A stretch of DNA of 64,000 nucleotides from Octopus vulgaris (lineage: Eukaryota). A program made the position numbers and the translations under genes. How positions within the stretch are numbered: position 1 is the stretch's first letter; each line of letters starts with the position of its first letter. The notes beneath the pieces are model-generated. The model did no database searches. It saw only the letters and a list, made by a program, of their open reading frames with translations, and was not told where the DNA came from. This document shows, piece after piece, positions 12,802-24,090 of this stretch. The DNA lies in NCBI GenBank assembly GCA_951406725.2, contig OX597827.1:61628001-61692000 (forward strand). The letters run 5' to 3'.

Positions 12802-13195
12802 ACTTTACTTTTTTATTCCTTTACTTCAGCCCTTCACTCCCCATGGAATATGAGCCATTGATAACTGCTCTCAACTCTGGATTGCCTTATCTGCATCTCT
12901 CCCACTGGATTCCTACTTTTCCTTTCAGATTTTGCAGCACCATGTCATGTTTCCTTGAGGGAAGGCCTTCCTCTCCCAGGTCTTGGTTTTGAATTGACAA
13001 TGATGCTTCTGTAAATTAATGTTTTTCCAGATAGGGATGTTAGCCCAACAAAAACCCTTTTTTTACCACTGGGAAGAAGTGGTCTACATTAGTCTGGCTT
13101 CTATCCTTTAACCTGTCCAGCATGGGAGGCCTTACCAAGACCTTGCGCTCCACTGACATAACTCTCAGGGTCATTGAGACATATAGGCCACCACA
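12802..13195 (-). mobile_element. bipartite non-autonomous RTE derivative (5' UTR + ORF C-terminus + tail)
   Basis: Minus strand GTGGTGG..GAGAGTTATGTC..GGTAAGGCCTCCCATGCTGGACAGG (RTE 5'-UTR-like) joined to a degenerate RPGRGRPS..RAVINGSYSMGVKG* end and an AAGTAAAG tail. Confidence 0.65.
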
Positions 13196-14795
13196 CTACA
13201 CTGAAGACTAGACCCAGTGGTGGTTTCATCCCTGTGGGAATGATAAATAAAATATCAATATCAGGGGCCAAATCATCTTCTCTGTCCCTCCAGAAGAAGT
13301 CTGCTGAACCAGACCTGAAGGGAGATGGGTTCAACATATATCACAACAGTGTTTTTATGACTCCTAAAGGAGTTGAGAGATTAACAAACTAAGAAAATAT
13401 TCAGTGATCCCTCAACATAGGCCCAATGGACTTGCTCCTCTCTCTCTTCTCCTTATCCATACTGTCTAGGGCAATGGATGAGCAGAATTGTTTGAATGCT
13501 GGAAAAAATATCTTGCAATATTTAGTATTGGTACTTTCCGTTCTGATTTCAGATCCTACAGAAGTTTTCTCTTTCAGGATCAATAAATTAAAGTACTAGT
13601 CAAATACAGAGGTCAATATTATCAAAAAAAAAATTCTTTCTTCGGAACTGCTGGTCTTGAGCCTAAACTAGGAAAAATTATTCATGTTATGGATTAGGTA
13701 AATAAATGTATATATATATATTTATATTGAGGGCATTACTATACATAAATGCCACATGCTAGGAGGGACTCTTAAAGTCAAAACTACCAAAATAAATAAA
13801 CACATCATACCGAATGCAACTCTCAAAGCAAGTCTCTTAAAAACAGAATTCCCTTGCATTCGGTACGATGTGTTTATTTATTTTGGTAGTTTTGACTCCT
13901 AGTGTGTGGCATTTATGTATAGTAATGCCCTCAATATAAATTTAAGAGAAAAATTGATGGATTTTTCCCTTATGAGGTTTTCACACTAACTACTTGATAA
14001 ATTCTTATAAAGATTTAATCCTATTTTTAAATTATATATATATTCTCCAATATCTATACACAAAATATATATATATTCTCCAATATCTATACATAAAATT
14101 TTCTAACATAATGACTTAAATATATTCTTTAACCTTATAACACAAGCCTTCTGTAGTTTTTTCACTCTTTTATTTTTTATACATCCAACCACGTGCTTTC
14201 ACACACCAACTCTCTCACCTATATATATATATATATATATATTATACTTTAGGTAGGGTAAAATTCAAGCTGTGTCCTCTTGAAGCACATCTGCTTATTC
14301 CAGTATTACAATCCAGTATGTAGTTGTATTGATGTGACACCCATATTACAGTTGAAAATTCTGGAAATATTGTCAGTAGAGTTATTATATAACAAAACAG
14401 GAAATTTGGAAATTTTGTATTATTTATTCACCATTACACATGTTTCATTTGCTAATAGGAATCACAAAGTTGTACATGTTGGAAAAATATGCAATAATAG
14501 GAAATTTCATACACGTTTATCCAACATGTACAACTCAGTGATTCCAATTAGCTAATGAAATATGTGTAACGGTGAATAATACCAAAGAAATGTTCCAACT
14601 TCCTCTTTTGTTTTATCTATATTATACTAAAACTCAAAGTTTGTCTGTTTTCCTGCTATTTGATTAAGATGATAATGATTACAAATAAAAGTCATTCCCC
14701 CCCACTTTAAGAAAAAAAAAGTCAAGTTGAAAATGTTGATACCTCAAAGAGTCGTTGTAGCTATCACTGTCCTTTTTCTTCCCTTAATCATTTAA

Positions 14796-15006
14796 CCCTT
14801 TAGTGTTCACATTATTCTGCCAAAATTAATCCTTTTTTATCCATATTGTTTTGAACTAATCATGCATTATCTTGTAATTATGAGATTTTGATGAGGTAGT
14901 TGTTAATTTTTAAAATGATGTTGTAGGGTTGGTGTGAGAGACCAGATCTGGCCATGCTGAACATAAAACAGGCAGAATACTTTTGGCCGGTTTAAATGCT
15001 AAAGGG
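14796..15006. mobile_element. TTAA-flanked MITE
   Basis: TTAA|CCCTTTAG ... CTAAAGGG|TTAA; near-identical to 22756-22976 and 40517-40737. Confidence 0.9.
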
Positions 15007-15202
15007 TTAAAAAACTTTCAGACTGCCATGAACTGAAAGATAAAAATTGTCCCTCCATTTTTACAAGATAGTTTTTGAATCACGGGTATTTGAATTTTTT
15101 TTTTCTTAAAGTGGGGAAGATTACCATTTTATTTAAAATAAAATATTAATCTTTACCAACTTAATCAAAAGGCAGAAGTACAGACTATCTTGGATCTCTT
15201 TA

Positions 15203-16159
15203 CCTTTTGACCTACAGATTTGAAAAATAATTTTTTGTAAACTAAACAATTTCAAACTTTGGACACTGGTAGAATGTGTCATATAAACATCTTTTACTCT
15301 TAGCATTTTTGAGAAAAACTTATATTTACGAAGTTATTTCACGTTAAAGTAGTCGTATTTCAGTAATTTCAGCTGAATAAAATTACTGCTGTTGTTTGTC
15401 AACAAGAACTTCCGGCGGTATATATTTCGTTTGTCACTGTTATTTATGACAACCCTAACCCTAAAACCAGTATAAACGCATGAATGATGTCATAAATAAG
15501 AGTAACAAATGAAAAATACATCGCCGATAGTTGTTGTTGACAAACAATGGCAGTAATTTTATTCAGCTGAATATACGTCATTGATTACTTGAAATTACCG
15601 ACAAACTCTTTTCTCTCTTTTACTTGTTTCAGCCATTTGACTGCGGCCATGCTGGAGCACCGCCTTTAGTCAAGCAAATCGACCCCAGGACTTATTCTTT
15701 GTAAGCCCAGTACTTATTCTATCGGTCTCTTTTGCCGAACCGCTAAGTGACAGTGACGTAAACACACCAGCATCGGTTGTCAAGCAATGCTAGGGGGACA
15801 AACACAGACACACAACACATATATATATATACATATATACGACGGGCTTCTTTCAGTTTCCGTCTACCAAATCCACTCACAAGGCTTTGGTCGGCCCGAG
15901 GCTATAGTAGAAGACACTTGCCCAACATGCCACGCAGTGGGACTGAACCCGGAACCATGTGGTTGGTTAGCAAGCTACTTACCACACAGCCACTCCTACA
16001 CCTAAACGAGTACGTTAACGTGAAATAACTTTGTAAATATAAGTTTTTCTCAAAAATGCTAAGAGTAAAAGATGTTTTATATGACACATTCTACCAGTGT
16101 CCGAAGTTTGAAAGCGTTTAGTTACAAAAAATTATTTTTTAAATCTGTAGGTCTAAAGG
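15203..16159. mobile_element. foldback-type palindromic element with a SINE inserted in its right arm
   Basis: Arm 15203-15450 is the reverse complement of 15489-15605 + 16003-16159; spacer contains AACCCTAACCCTAA. Confidence 0.8.
15607..16002 (-). mobile_element. tRNA-derived SINE (family A)
   Basis: Head GGCGTAGGAGTGGCTGTGTGGTAAG..GGTTCAGTCCC, internal microsatellite, AAGAGTAAAA-type tail; other copies ~25763, 26960, 39190, 41588, 47100, 49705, 55930, 61052, 61800, 63133. Confidence 0.9.
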
Positions 16160-16574
16160 CAGAAGAACAGACCATGGGAGGAGTTGAATCTCATAATGGA
16201 AAAACAAACAACAATAAATGGGTTGCACCTTATAATGAAACTCTTTTAAGAGCATTCAAATGCCACTGCAACATTGAAATCATTGCTTCAGTGAGGTCAG
16301 TTAAGTACATCATCAAGTACACACCTGAAAGGAAACGACCAAGCTGCTGTTCCAATGAACAATGATAACGAAATTAGTCAATATCTAAAGGGTAGGTATA
16401 TTGGACCATCTGAAGCAGTTGCATCCATTTTAGGATTTTGAATGCATTAAAGAGCCCCTGCAATAGTGAGACTGCAAGTTCATCTACCAGATGAACAAAG
16501 AATATTGCTCAGAAATAATGAGGATATATATAGCTGTCAGTGAATGACATATGAGAACAATATTGACAGAATTC

Positions 16575-17089
16575 AATTCTATATTTAAGAGATGAGAAAT
16601 TATTTACATTAATTATGTTTGACGGATATTTGTCCTCATCTTGTTTTTTGTTAACACAACGTTTCAGCTGATATACCCTCCAGCCTTCTTCGGGTGCCTT
16701 GGGGAAATTTCGAACCTGGACTCTCATTCCTAAGGTACTTTTTGATGTTGTTATTATTATTATTGTTGTTACTGTTTAAGGTCACTGCTTGGAATCGAAC
16801 TTAGAATCTTGGGGTTAGTAGCCCGCGCTCTTAACTACTATGCCATATGCCCACGAGCATTTGCATAGTGGTTAAGAGCATGGGCTACTAACCCCAAGAT
16901 TCCGAGTTCGATTCCAAGCAGTGACCTTAAACAGTAACAATAATAATAACATCAATAAATACCTTAGGAATGAGAGTCCAGGTTCGAAATTTCCCCAAGA
17001 CACCTAAAGAAGGCTGGCGGGTATATCAGCTGAAACGTTGTGTTAACAACAAACAAGATGAGGACAAATATCTGAACGTAAATAATGTA
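16575..17089. mobile_element. palindromic tRNA-head + hammerhead retroelement (Penelope-like ends), 13-bp TSD
   Basis: ATTGACAGAATTC at 16562-16574 and 17090-17102; arms ~16604-16852 and ~16854-17089 are inverted; each arm has A/B boxes and a hammerhead-like core. Confidence 0.8.
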
Positions 17090-17581
17090 ATTGACAGAAT
17101 TCTTTTCATTGTGCATCAATGATGACTTTGCAAAAACATTACTTTATGCTGAAGTACCCACTTGAAACAGAAGTAACAAAGAATGGTAAAGAAAAAAGCA
17201 AGAAAAATATAGTTGAAGGCCATTTGAACGTTTTTCAAAGAAGAAACACTTGGTCATGTTTATGTTGTCACACCAAAGGAAGGAGAACTGTATTATTTAA
17301 GAATTTTATTGCATTAAGTTCGAAATAGTAGTTTTTCGTTTCCCATTGTGCATCAACATTTTCAACTTCGAGTGGTTGTGATCCAATGGGCCATGGCAGG
17401 TAAATCTAGTAAATATATATTTATATCCATGTAAAGACACACACATGTATGAGTGTGTGTTTGTGTTTTCTTGTTTTGACATCACATGATTGTGGTAAAT
17501 GAATATAAGTCATTTCCAACATGCTACAAAAACATTTCTAGCCCTGGGGGAATTATTACCTTGCTTGATAACAGGTGTGGA

Positions 17582-17830
17582 GGCACGTGGCTTAGTGGTT
17601 AACATGTCAGCACCATGATCGTAAGATTGTGGTTTCGATTCCTGGACCGGGCGACGCGTTGTGTTCTTGAGCAAAACACTTCATTTCATGTGGCCCCAGT
17701 CCACTCAGCTGGCAAAAATGAGTAACACTGCAATGGACTGGCATCCCATCCAGCTGGGGAACACATACGCCATAGAAACCGGGAAACTGGGCCCATGAGC
17801 CTGGCTAGGCTTTAAAAGGGCGCATTTATT
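17582..17830 (+). mobile_element. tRNA-derived CORE-like SINE (family D)
   Basis: TGGCTTAGTGG A box, GTTTCGATTCC B box, TGTGTTCTTGAGCAAAACACTT core; relatives at ~21095-21430, 48190-48500 (-), 55230-55540. Confidence 0.8.
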
Positions 17831-19022
17831 ATTGATAACAGGTGAGAGCTGGTATCAGGAAGGGCATCGAGCTGTATAAAATCTGCCTCCATCAACTCCA
17901 TCCGACCCACACAAGCATGGAAAACCATTATGATGATGATCATCATCATTTAACTTTCGTTTTTAATGCTGGCATGGGTTGGATGGGTTTGACCAGAGCT
18001 GCACCAGGGTTCATTGTCTGTTTTGGCTTGGTTTCTATGGCTAGATGCCCTTCCTAACACCAACCACTTAACTGAGTGCTTTTTACATGGCACCATCACC
18101 AGTATTAATTCTGCTGTGGTAGACAGGTTTTCTTATGTACAGCAAGGGCCGGATAGATCAGTCCTTTATTTCCTTCATTAGAATCAGTATCTTGAGATTA
18201 GCCTTCAGTATGTTGTCCTATGTCTTCCTGGTTCTCCCTCTTGTTAAAAATGGTTGATGATAACGATTTTATCTCTCTTTACACTTCTAGGCCAGACACT
18301 AGCACTTAGTCTCAATCCTTACTGGAAACATTTTCCCAGTACCTCGTGAGTGGAATCAGCAGACAAAACTGTTCAGAGCCTGTTGTACGTATGGCGTGAT
18401 GGTTGTGGTGTGCGTGTGTGTGTGTGTGTGTGTAAATGCTTACATTCCATGCTTTTGTACGAAACCATTAAGTAAAAAGAATGGTGACATGTTGACATTT
18501 CCTGTTCACAAATTGCCCTATAACTCTGAACTTTTGAAAGTAAGTGGAACAAAAAGAAAAGAATCCCTTATTTGAAAGACAGGTTGGCAACAGGAAGGGC
18601 ATCCAGCAGTAAAACAATACATTAATAATAAGCACTTATCTAACTCATACTGGTTTAGAAAAACAGATGTGAAACAAACTGCCAGTTGCATGTAAAAAGC
18701 ACCCAGCACACTCCGTAAAGTGGTTGGCATTAGGAAGGGCATCAAGTTGTATAAACCATACCAAAACAGACAATTGGAGTCTGGACAGCTTCCCAGCAGG
18801 CCTGTTAAACCGTCCAACCCATGCCAACATGGAAAACAGAGATGCTAAATGATAATGGTGATGATGATGTCCCACCCATGCCAGCATGGAAAGTGGACAT
18901 TAAACGATGATGATATATATATATATACATAAATTTAAATAGAGATTAAAATAGCTTCGTTAAGGGATTAAAATATCCAATGAATTACTGGTTCATTGCC
19001 TATTGTTTTTTTGTGAATAGTA

Positions 19023-19053
<31 letters not shown>

Positions 19054-20039
19054 TATATATATATATATATGACAATTACATTGTGGAAGATAAATATTAG
19101 CAGAAACTTTGACACCAAATAATAAACGTTTAAGTGAAATTAACTACCTTTGTATGTTTTTGAATGGCTAATATGTGTTTCCAACATTGTAACTGTTTCA
19201 GTTTTAACATGCACTTGGATCTAATTACTTGCCAGACAAGTATATCTTTGCAATATATAGGTCTCATGTGGCAGACTAGAAAATAGCTAAGAATCCTTGG
19301 CATGAAACCAATGGTAGCCTTGTTAACCCGCAAATAAAGTGTATGCATGTGTGTATGTTCACACACACACACGTATGTGTACATGCACACATGTGTGTAC
19401 ATACTCACATACACGTGTGTGTGTGTGAGTATGTGGATCCTATGTGTGTTTTTGTGAGTGTATATTAGTCTGATAAAAAAATGATTGAATGGTCATGGCT
19501 GGAATGCCTTGCATCATAGGTCTGTTCAAACAAGGTTGGCCTTGGGTTAAACTACAACAACAAAAAATTTTGAAGACAACAAATACAAAATTAAGGATAT
19601 TATCGTTATTATTATTATCAGCGGAGAAGTAGATGGCAGATTCAATAGAATACTGGATAAAATTTTCTGAGGTATTTAGATAATGTTCGTTAGTGGTTTG
19701 AGTTCAAACCCCCGGATTACTCTACATCTTCTGAGGTTGATAATATATGTATGAGAGTCAAGTACTACAGTCATTTAAACCGACAACATCCCCTCCACAA
19801 AAATTTGTAGTTTTCTTGTATTTGTGAAAAAAAAAAAAAAAAAAAAAAAATCATGAGTATTGGCAGAATTATTAGTGTCAGACAAAATACATTTGCAGTG
19901 TTAAATAACAATCTTTTTTGTTCTGAGTTCGAATCCCACTGAGGTCGAATTTGCTTATCATTCTAATAAAATAAGAGTTAGATACTTGATTGACTGTACC
20001 ATCCCGGAAAATTCGCTGGGTTTGTGCCTATGTAAAATA

Positions 20040-20273
20040 CCTATTTCTTTACTACCCACAAGGGGCTAAACACAGAGAGGACAAACAAGGACAGACAAAT
20101 GGATTAAGTCGATTATATCGACCCCCAGTGTGTAACTGGTACTTAATTTATCGACCCCGAAGGGATGAGAGGCAAAGTCGACCTCGGCGGAATTTGAACT
20201 CAGAACGGAGCAGCAGACGAAATACTGTTAAGCATTTCGCCCGGCGTGCTAACGTTCCTACCAGCTCGCCGCC
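20040..20273 (-). mobile_element. tRNA-derived SINE (family B)
   Basis: Minus strand GGCGGCGAGCTGG..GAGTTCAAATTCC..CATCCCTTCGGGGTCGATAAATTAAGTACCAG; copies at ~4870, 12040, 40860, 50368, 53806, 54588, 62905. Confidence 0.85.
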
Positions 20274-21585
20274 TATGTAAAACACCATTTTCATAATGAC
20301 TGTTAACATACAAATGTTAACAACTGAGGAGTATGGCTGTGTGATTAAAATGCTCGCTTCCCAACCATGTGGTTTCAGGTTCAGTCCCACTGCACAGCAG
20401 TTTGGGGACCTATCGTCTACTATAGCCTTGTGAGAGTTAATTTGGTAAATGGAAATTAAAAGAAGGTTGTCATGTATATGTGTGTTTTATATTGTCTTGA
20501 TATCACATAATGGTTGGAAACAAGCGTCGTCATCATACAAATTATGTTGCTTCTGGTCTTCCATGAAAAACATGCCAGGTCATGGGGGAAATATTACCTT
20601 GCTTGGAAATAGGTAAAGGCTGGCATCAGCCAAGGGTATCTAAGTGTAGTAAGTCTGCTTCAATGAATTTCGTCAGACCCATCCAAGCATGAAAAGGTGG
20701 ATCTTAAAACAGCGATGATGATAATATCAATGTCATTATTAAAAAGCATCTTTATAAACCTTTGGTGCCATTTGTAATGATATTTTTCGTCAGTGCTTTC
20801 GTGGGAAATAAAGCAATCGATCACTTCATTGCTGTTGGTCTTTGACAGAACTTTCTAGACTATTAAAAATGGAGACACACAAACTTTTGTTCCACTTAAG
20901 GTAATACATTATAAATATACCTTTTTGTGAAATCAAACATCGTAGAGCAGGTAGATAAAATGCATTAAGGCTTACATGAGAGAGTAAACATGTACAGTAT
21001 TACTGTTATCAGGTTGGCTGCACTCAGCAACCAAGACTAAACATTATAGCACTTAGTTTTACTCTTTAATTTTGCAGCAATATAGAACTGTTAGGTGCAT
21101 GACTCAGTGGTTAGAGCGTTGAGCTTACGATCATGAGATTGTGAGCTCGAATCCCAGACCGGGCTGCCTGTTGTGTTCTTGAGCAAGACACTTTATTTCA
21201 CGTTGCTCCAGTTCACTCAGCTGTAGAAATGAGTTGTGACGTCACGGGTGCCAAACTGTATTGGCCCCTTTGCCTTTCCCTTGGATAACACTGGTGGCGT
21301 GGAGTGTGAAAGCCGATATGCATGGGCAACTGCTGGTCTTCCATAAACAACCATGCCCGGACTTGTGCCTGGGAGGGCAACTTTCTAGGTGCAATCCCAT
21401 GGTCAGTGTCGTGACCAAAGGGGGTCTCAGAATAGAACTGTTAAGTTACTTAATATTACTCTCATAAAAGGACCTTGTGGTTTCATTGGAAAACAAATCT
21501 GAAAGTTAAGTTTCAGGTTTGGAGGGAATGCTGTCTCTTAGTACTATTTTAATGTTAAGTTATGGTGGAGATTTGGAAGTTTGTT

Positions 21586-22629
21586 TTAGCAATTTTTAAG
21601 ATCTTCCTCTGTATGTGTCTTCATATGTTGCTTTAACATGCTATTCCGAGAGAAAGCCTTTGAACATAGCCAACAAGAGAAGGGTTTTTCACCTGTGTGA
21701 GTCATGAGGTGGTTACTTAAAATTGCTTTTCGGGCAAATGATCTGCCACAGATTTTGCAGGGAAATGGCTTTTCACCTGTGTGAGTCCGAATGTGAAGTT
21801 TCAACTGATCTCGCCAAGCGAATCGAGCACCGCACACCTGGCACTCAAACTCTTTAATCTCGGAATGTGTAGTCAAGTGCTCTTTAATATCAGCTTTCTC
21901 TGTGAATTCCGTGTTGCAGATCAAGCACATGTAAGGCCATTCGCTGGTGTGGGTTCGGTTGTGTTTCCGTAGTCTGCTTTCCGTCGTGAAATACTTGTCG
22001 CAAGGATCGCAACGAAAGGGCCGCTCTCCCGTGTGTACACGGATGTGGCTTTGCAAAGATTTATCGGATGAGAACACATGACCGCAAGTCTCGCATCGGT
22101 ACGGATTGTCTTCGTTGTGGATCTTAGAATGCTTTTGGAAACTGGCAATACACCAAAACGACTTGTCGCAATATTCGCAATGGTAGGACTTTTCGCCCGT
22201 GTGAATCTGCATGTGGTTCTTCATCGTTTCAATGGTTTTGAGTTTCTTATGGCAGATCTCGCAACGCAAGACAGGATCGGTGTGAGATCTCCTGTGGAGC
22301 TGCAGGTACTTGTTGTCGCAGAAGGATCGCTGGCATATGTCGCAGTGGAACAACTTCTCCCCCGTGTGTGTTCGGATATGTCTCTGTAGGTTGCCGTTTT
22401 GTGTGAAGGTTTCACCGCAGGTAATACACTGGTACGGTTTCTCACCTGTGTGAATTCGAGTGTGTGTTATTAAGTCACTGCTCTTTGTGAAGGCCTTTTC
22501 GCAGACCTCACATTTGTATGGTTTCTCCCCCGTATGGATTCTCATGTGTACTTTTAAATAACCGTTCTGTGCAAAGTTCTTCCCGCATACATTGCAAGGA
22601 AATGACCTTTCTTTCTTACTTTTCTCCAT
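21586..22629 (-). CDS. C2H2 zinc-finger protein, 12 tandem fingers, 347 aa, single coding exon
   Basis: Intact ORF with 12 CxxC..HxxxH fingers and TGEKP linkers; splice acceptor at 22653-22654 with an in-frame TAA between it and the ATG. Confidence 0.93.
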   Translation of the reverse strand: MEKSKKERSFPCNVCGKNFAQNGYLKVHMRIHTGEKPYKCEVCEKAFTKSSDLITHTRIHTGEKPYQCITCGETFTQNGNLQRHIRTHTGEKLFHCDICQRSFCDNKYLQLHRRSHTDPVLRCEICHKKLKTIETMKNHMQIHTGEKSYHCEYCDKSFWCIASFQKHSKIHNEDNPYRCETCGHVFSSDKSLQSHIRVHTGERPFRCDPCDKYFTTESRLRKHNRTHTSEWPYMCLICNTEFTEKADIKEHLTTHSEIKEFECQVCGARFAWRDQLKLHIRTHTGEKPFPCKICGRSFARKAILSNHLMTHTGEKPFSCWLCSKAFSRNSMLKQHMKTHTEEDLKNC

Positions 22630-22755
22630 TGTGACAAAATGTAGTTAAAAATCTGCAAGAGAAATCAAAACAAGATTTGAAGTCAACTGATTTTTAAAAG
22701 GAATATAAAATAGAAAATAGGTCAAAGAGGAACAAAATTTTCAAATTGGTATTAA

Positions 22756-23194
22756 CCCATTAGTGTTCGCATTATTCTGCCAAAATTAATCCTTCTTTAT
22801 CCACATTGCCTTGAACTAATCATGCATTATCTTGCAGCTATGAGATTTTGATGAGGTAGCTGTTAATTTTTAAAACGATATTGAAGGGTTGGTGTGAGAG
22901 ACCAGATCTGGCCAGTTTGAACATAAAACAGGCAGAATACTTTTGGCCAGATATGGCCGGTTTAAATGCTAAAGGGTTAAACCAGCCATATCCGGCCCAA
23001 TATATTCTACACGTTTTATATTTGAACAAGCCATATCTAGCCTCTCACACCTAACTTACATTGACATTCTAAAAATAAATAATCACATTATTGAAACCTC
23101 AAAGCTGTGAGATAATTAGATAATACATGATTAATTCAAAACAATTTGAGTGAAAAAGCATTACATTTAACAGAGTAAACTGAATGCTAAAGGG
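22756..23194. mobile_element. two adjacent TTAA MITEs in inverted orientation
   Basis: Complete copy 22756-22976 (TTAA both sides) followed by an older, left-truncated reverse copy 22981-23194 ending CTAAAGGG|TTAA. Confidence 0.75.
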
Positions 23195-23854
23195 TTAAAG
23201 AAAAAAAAAGTACTATTTCAAAAATACAAAAAACATTAGTATTTCAAGTGGTCAAGAAACTCACTTTGCAACCATGTAGTTCTGGGTTCAGTCCTACCGT
23301 ATGGTACTTCGGGCAAGTGTCTTTTACTATAGCCCTGATCTGACCATGATTTACAAGTGAATTTGATAGATGGAAACTGTGTGGAAGCCCATCATATATA
23401 TATATATATTTCACTTATGCTCAGTACCATGAGGACCAATGATTGTTTGATGCCCGTGTGCAAACAGCTATGCTGCATGGCAGTGAAACATGGTTTATGA
23501 CAGCTGAGGACATGCGTAGGCTTGAGAGAAGTGAAGCCAGTATGCTTCGCTGGATGTGCTATGTCAGTGTGCACTTTCGACAGAAAAGTTAGGCATAAGA
23601 GGAATCAGATGTCATGTGCAAGAGAGACAACTGTGTTGGTATGGTCATGTGATGCATATGGATGAGGGCAGCTGTATAGAGAACCTATGGTAGAGGTAGA
23701 TCCAGGGAGATGGTGAAATATGACCTTCAAACTTTGAACCTCACAGAGGCAATGACTAGTGACCAAGACCTTTGGCGATATGCTGTGCATGAGAGGACCC
23801 AACAAACCAAATGCACCCATGCTGGTGACATGTAAAAAAAATCAGCCTTTGAAC

Positions 23855-24090
23855 ATTAGGCCTCACGGAGGCAAAGTGGTCGAGTACCTTTCGAGCATTG
23901 GGCCTCATGGAGGCAAAGTGGCCAAGTTCCTCTCAAGTGTTGAGCCACACGGGTGTGAGATGGCTGAATTCCTTTCGAGCAAGCTTCTCAGAGGTGAGGT
24001 GGCTGAGTTCCTTTCAAATGTTGGGCCTCATGGAGGCAAAGTGGCTGAGCTCCTCTCGAGTGTTGGGCCTCACAGAGGCAATGACCAAGA
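23855..24090 (+). repeat. ~5.5 copies of a 42-bp unit at an RTE/SINE junction
   Basis: Unit GTTGGGCCTCATGGAGGCAAAGTGGCTGAGTTCCTTTCGAGT; gives the GPHGGKVAEFLSSV repeat in ORF 23759-24190. Confidence 0.85.

Larger units (their letters stand above)
14616..17409 (+). mobile_element. degenerate, internally deleted Helitron with nested insertions
   Basis: A|TCTATATTATACTAAAA 5' end; CTAG|T 3' end at 17406-17409 after an imperfect hairpin; RepHel remnants CNIEIIASVRSVKYIIKY, YLKGRYIGPSEA, IVRLQVHLPDEQ, LTEFF..TLLYAEVP, ELYYLRILL at ~16170-17315. Confidence 0.75.

Noticed and set aside
15451-15464. Interstitial telomere
   Set aside because: Only two units, inside the spacer of a foldback element.
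16790-16925. tRNA genes
   Set aside because: A/B boxes and an anticodon-like arm are present but there is no proper acceptor stem; these and all other tRNA-like segments are SINE heads.
8945-24090. CRISPR-like reading of the 43-bp and 42-bp arrays
   Set aside because: Units are contiguous with no unique spacers, there are no cas genes, and the context is eukaryotic.
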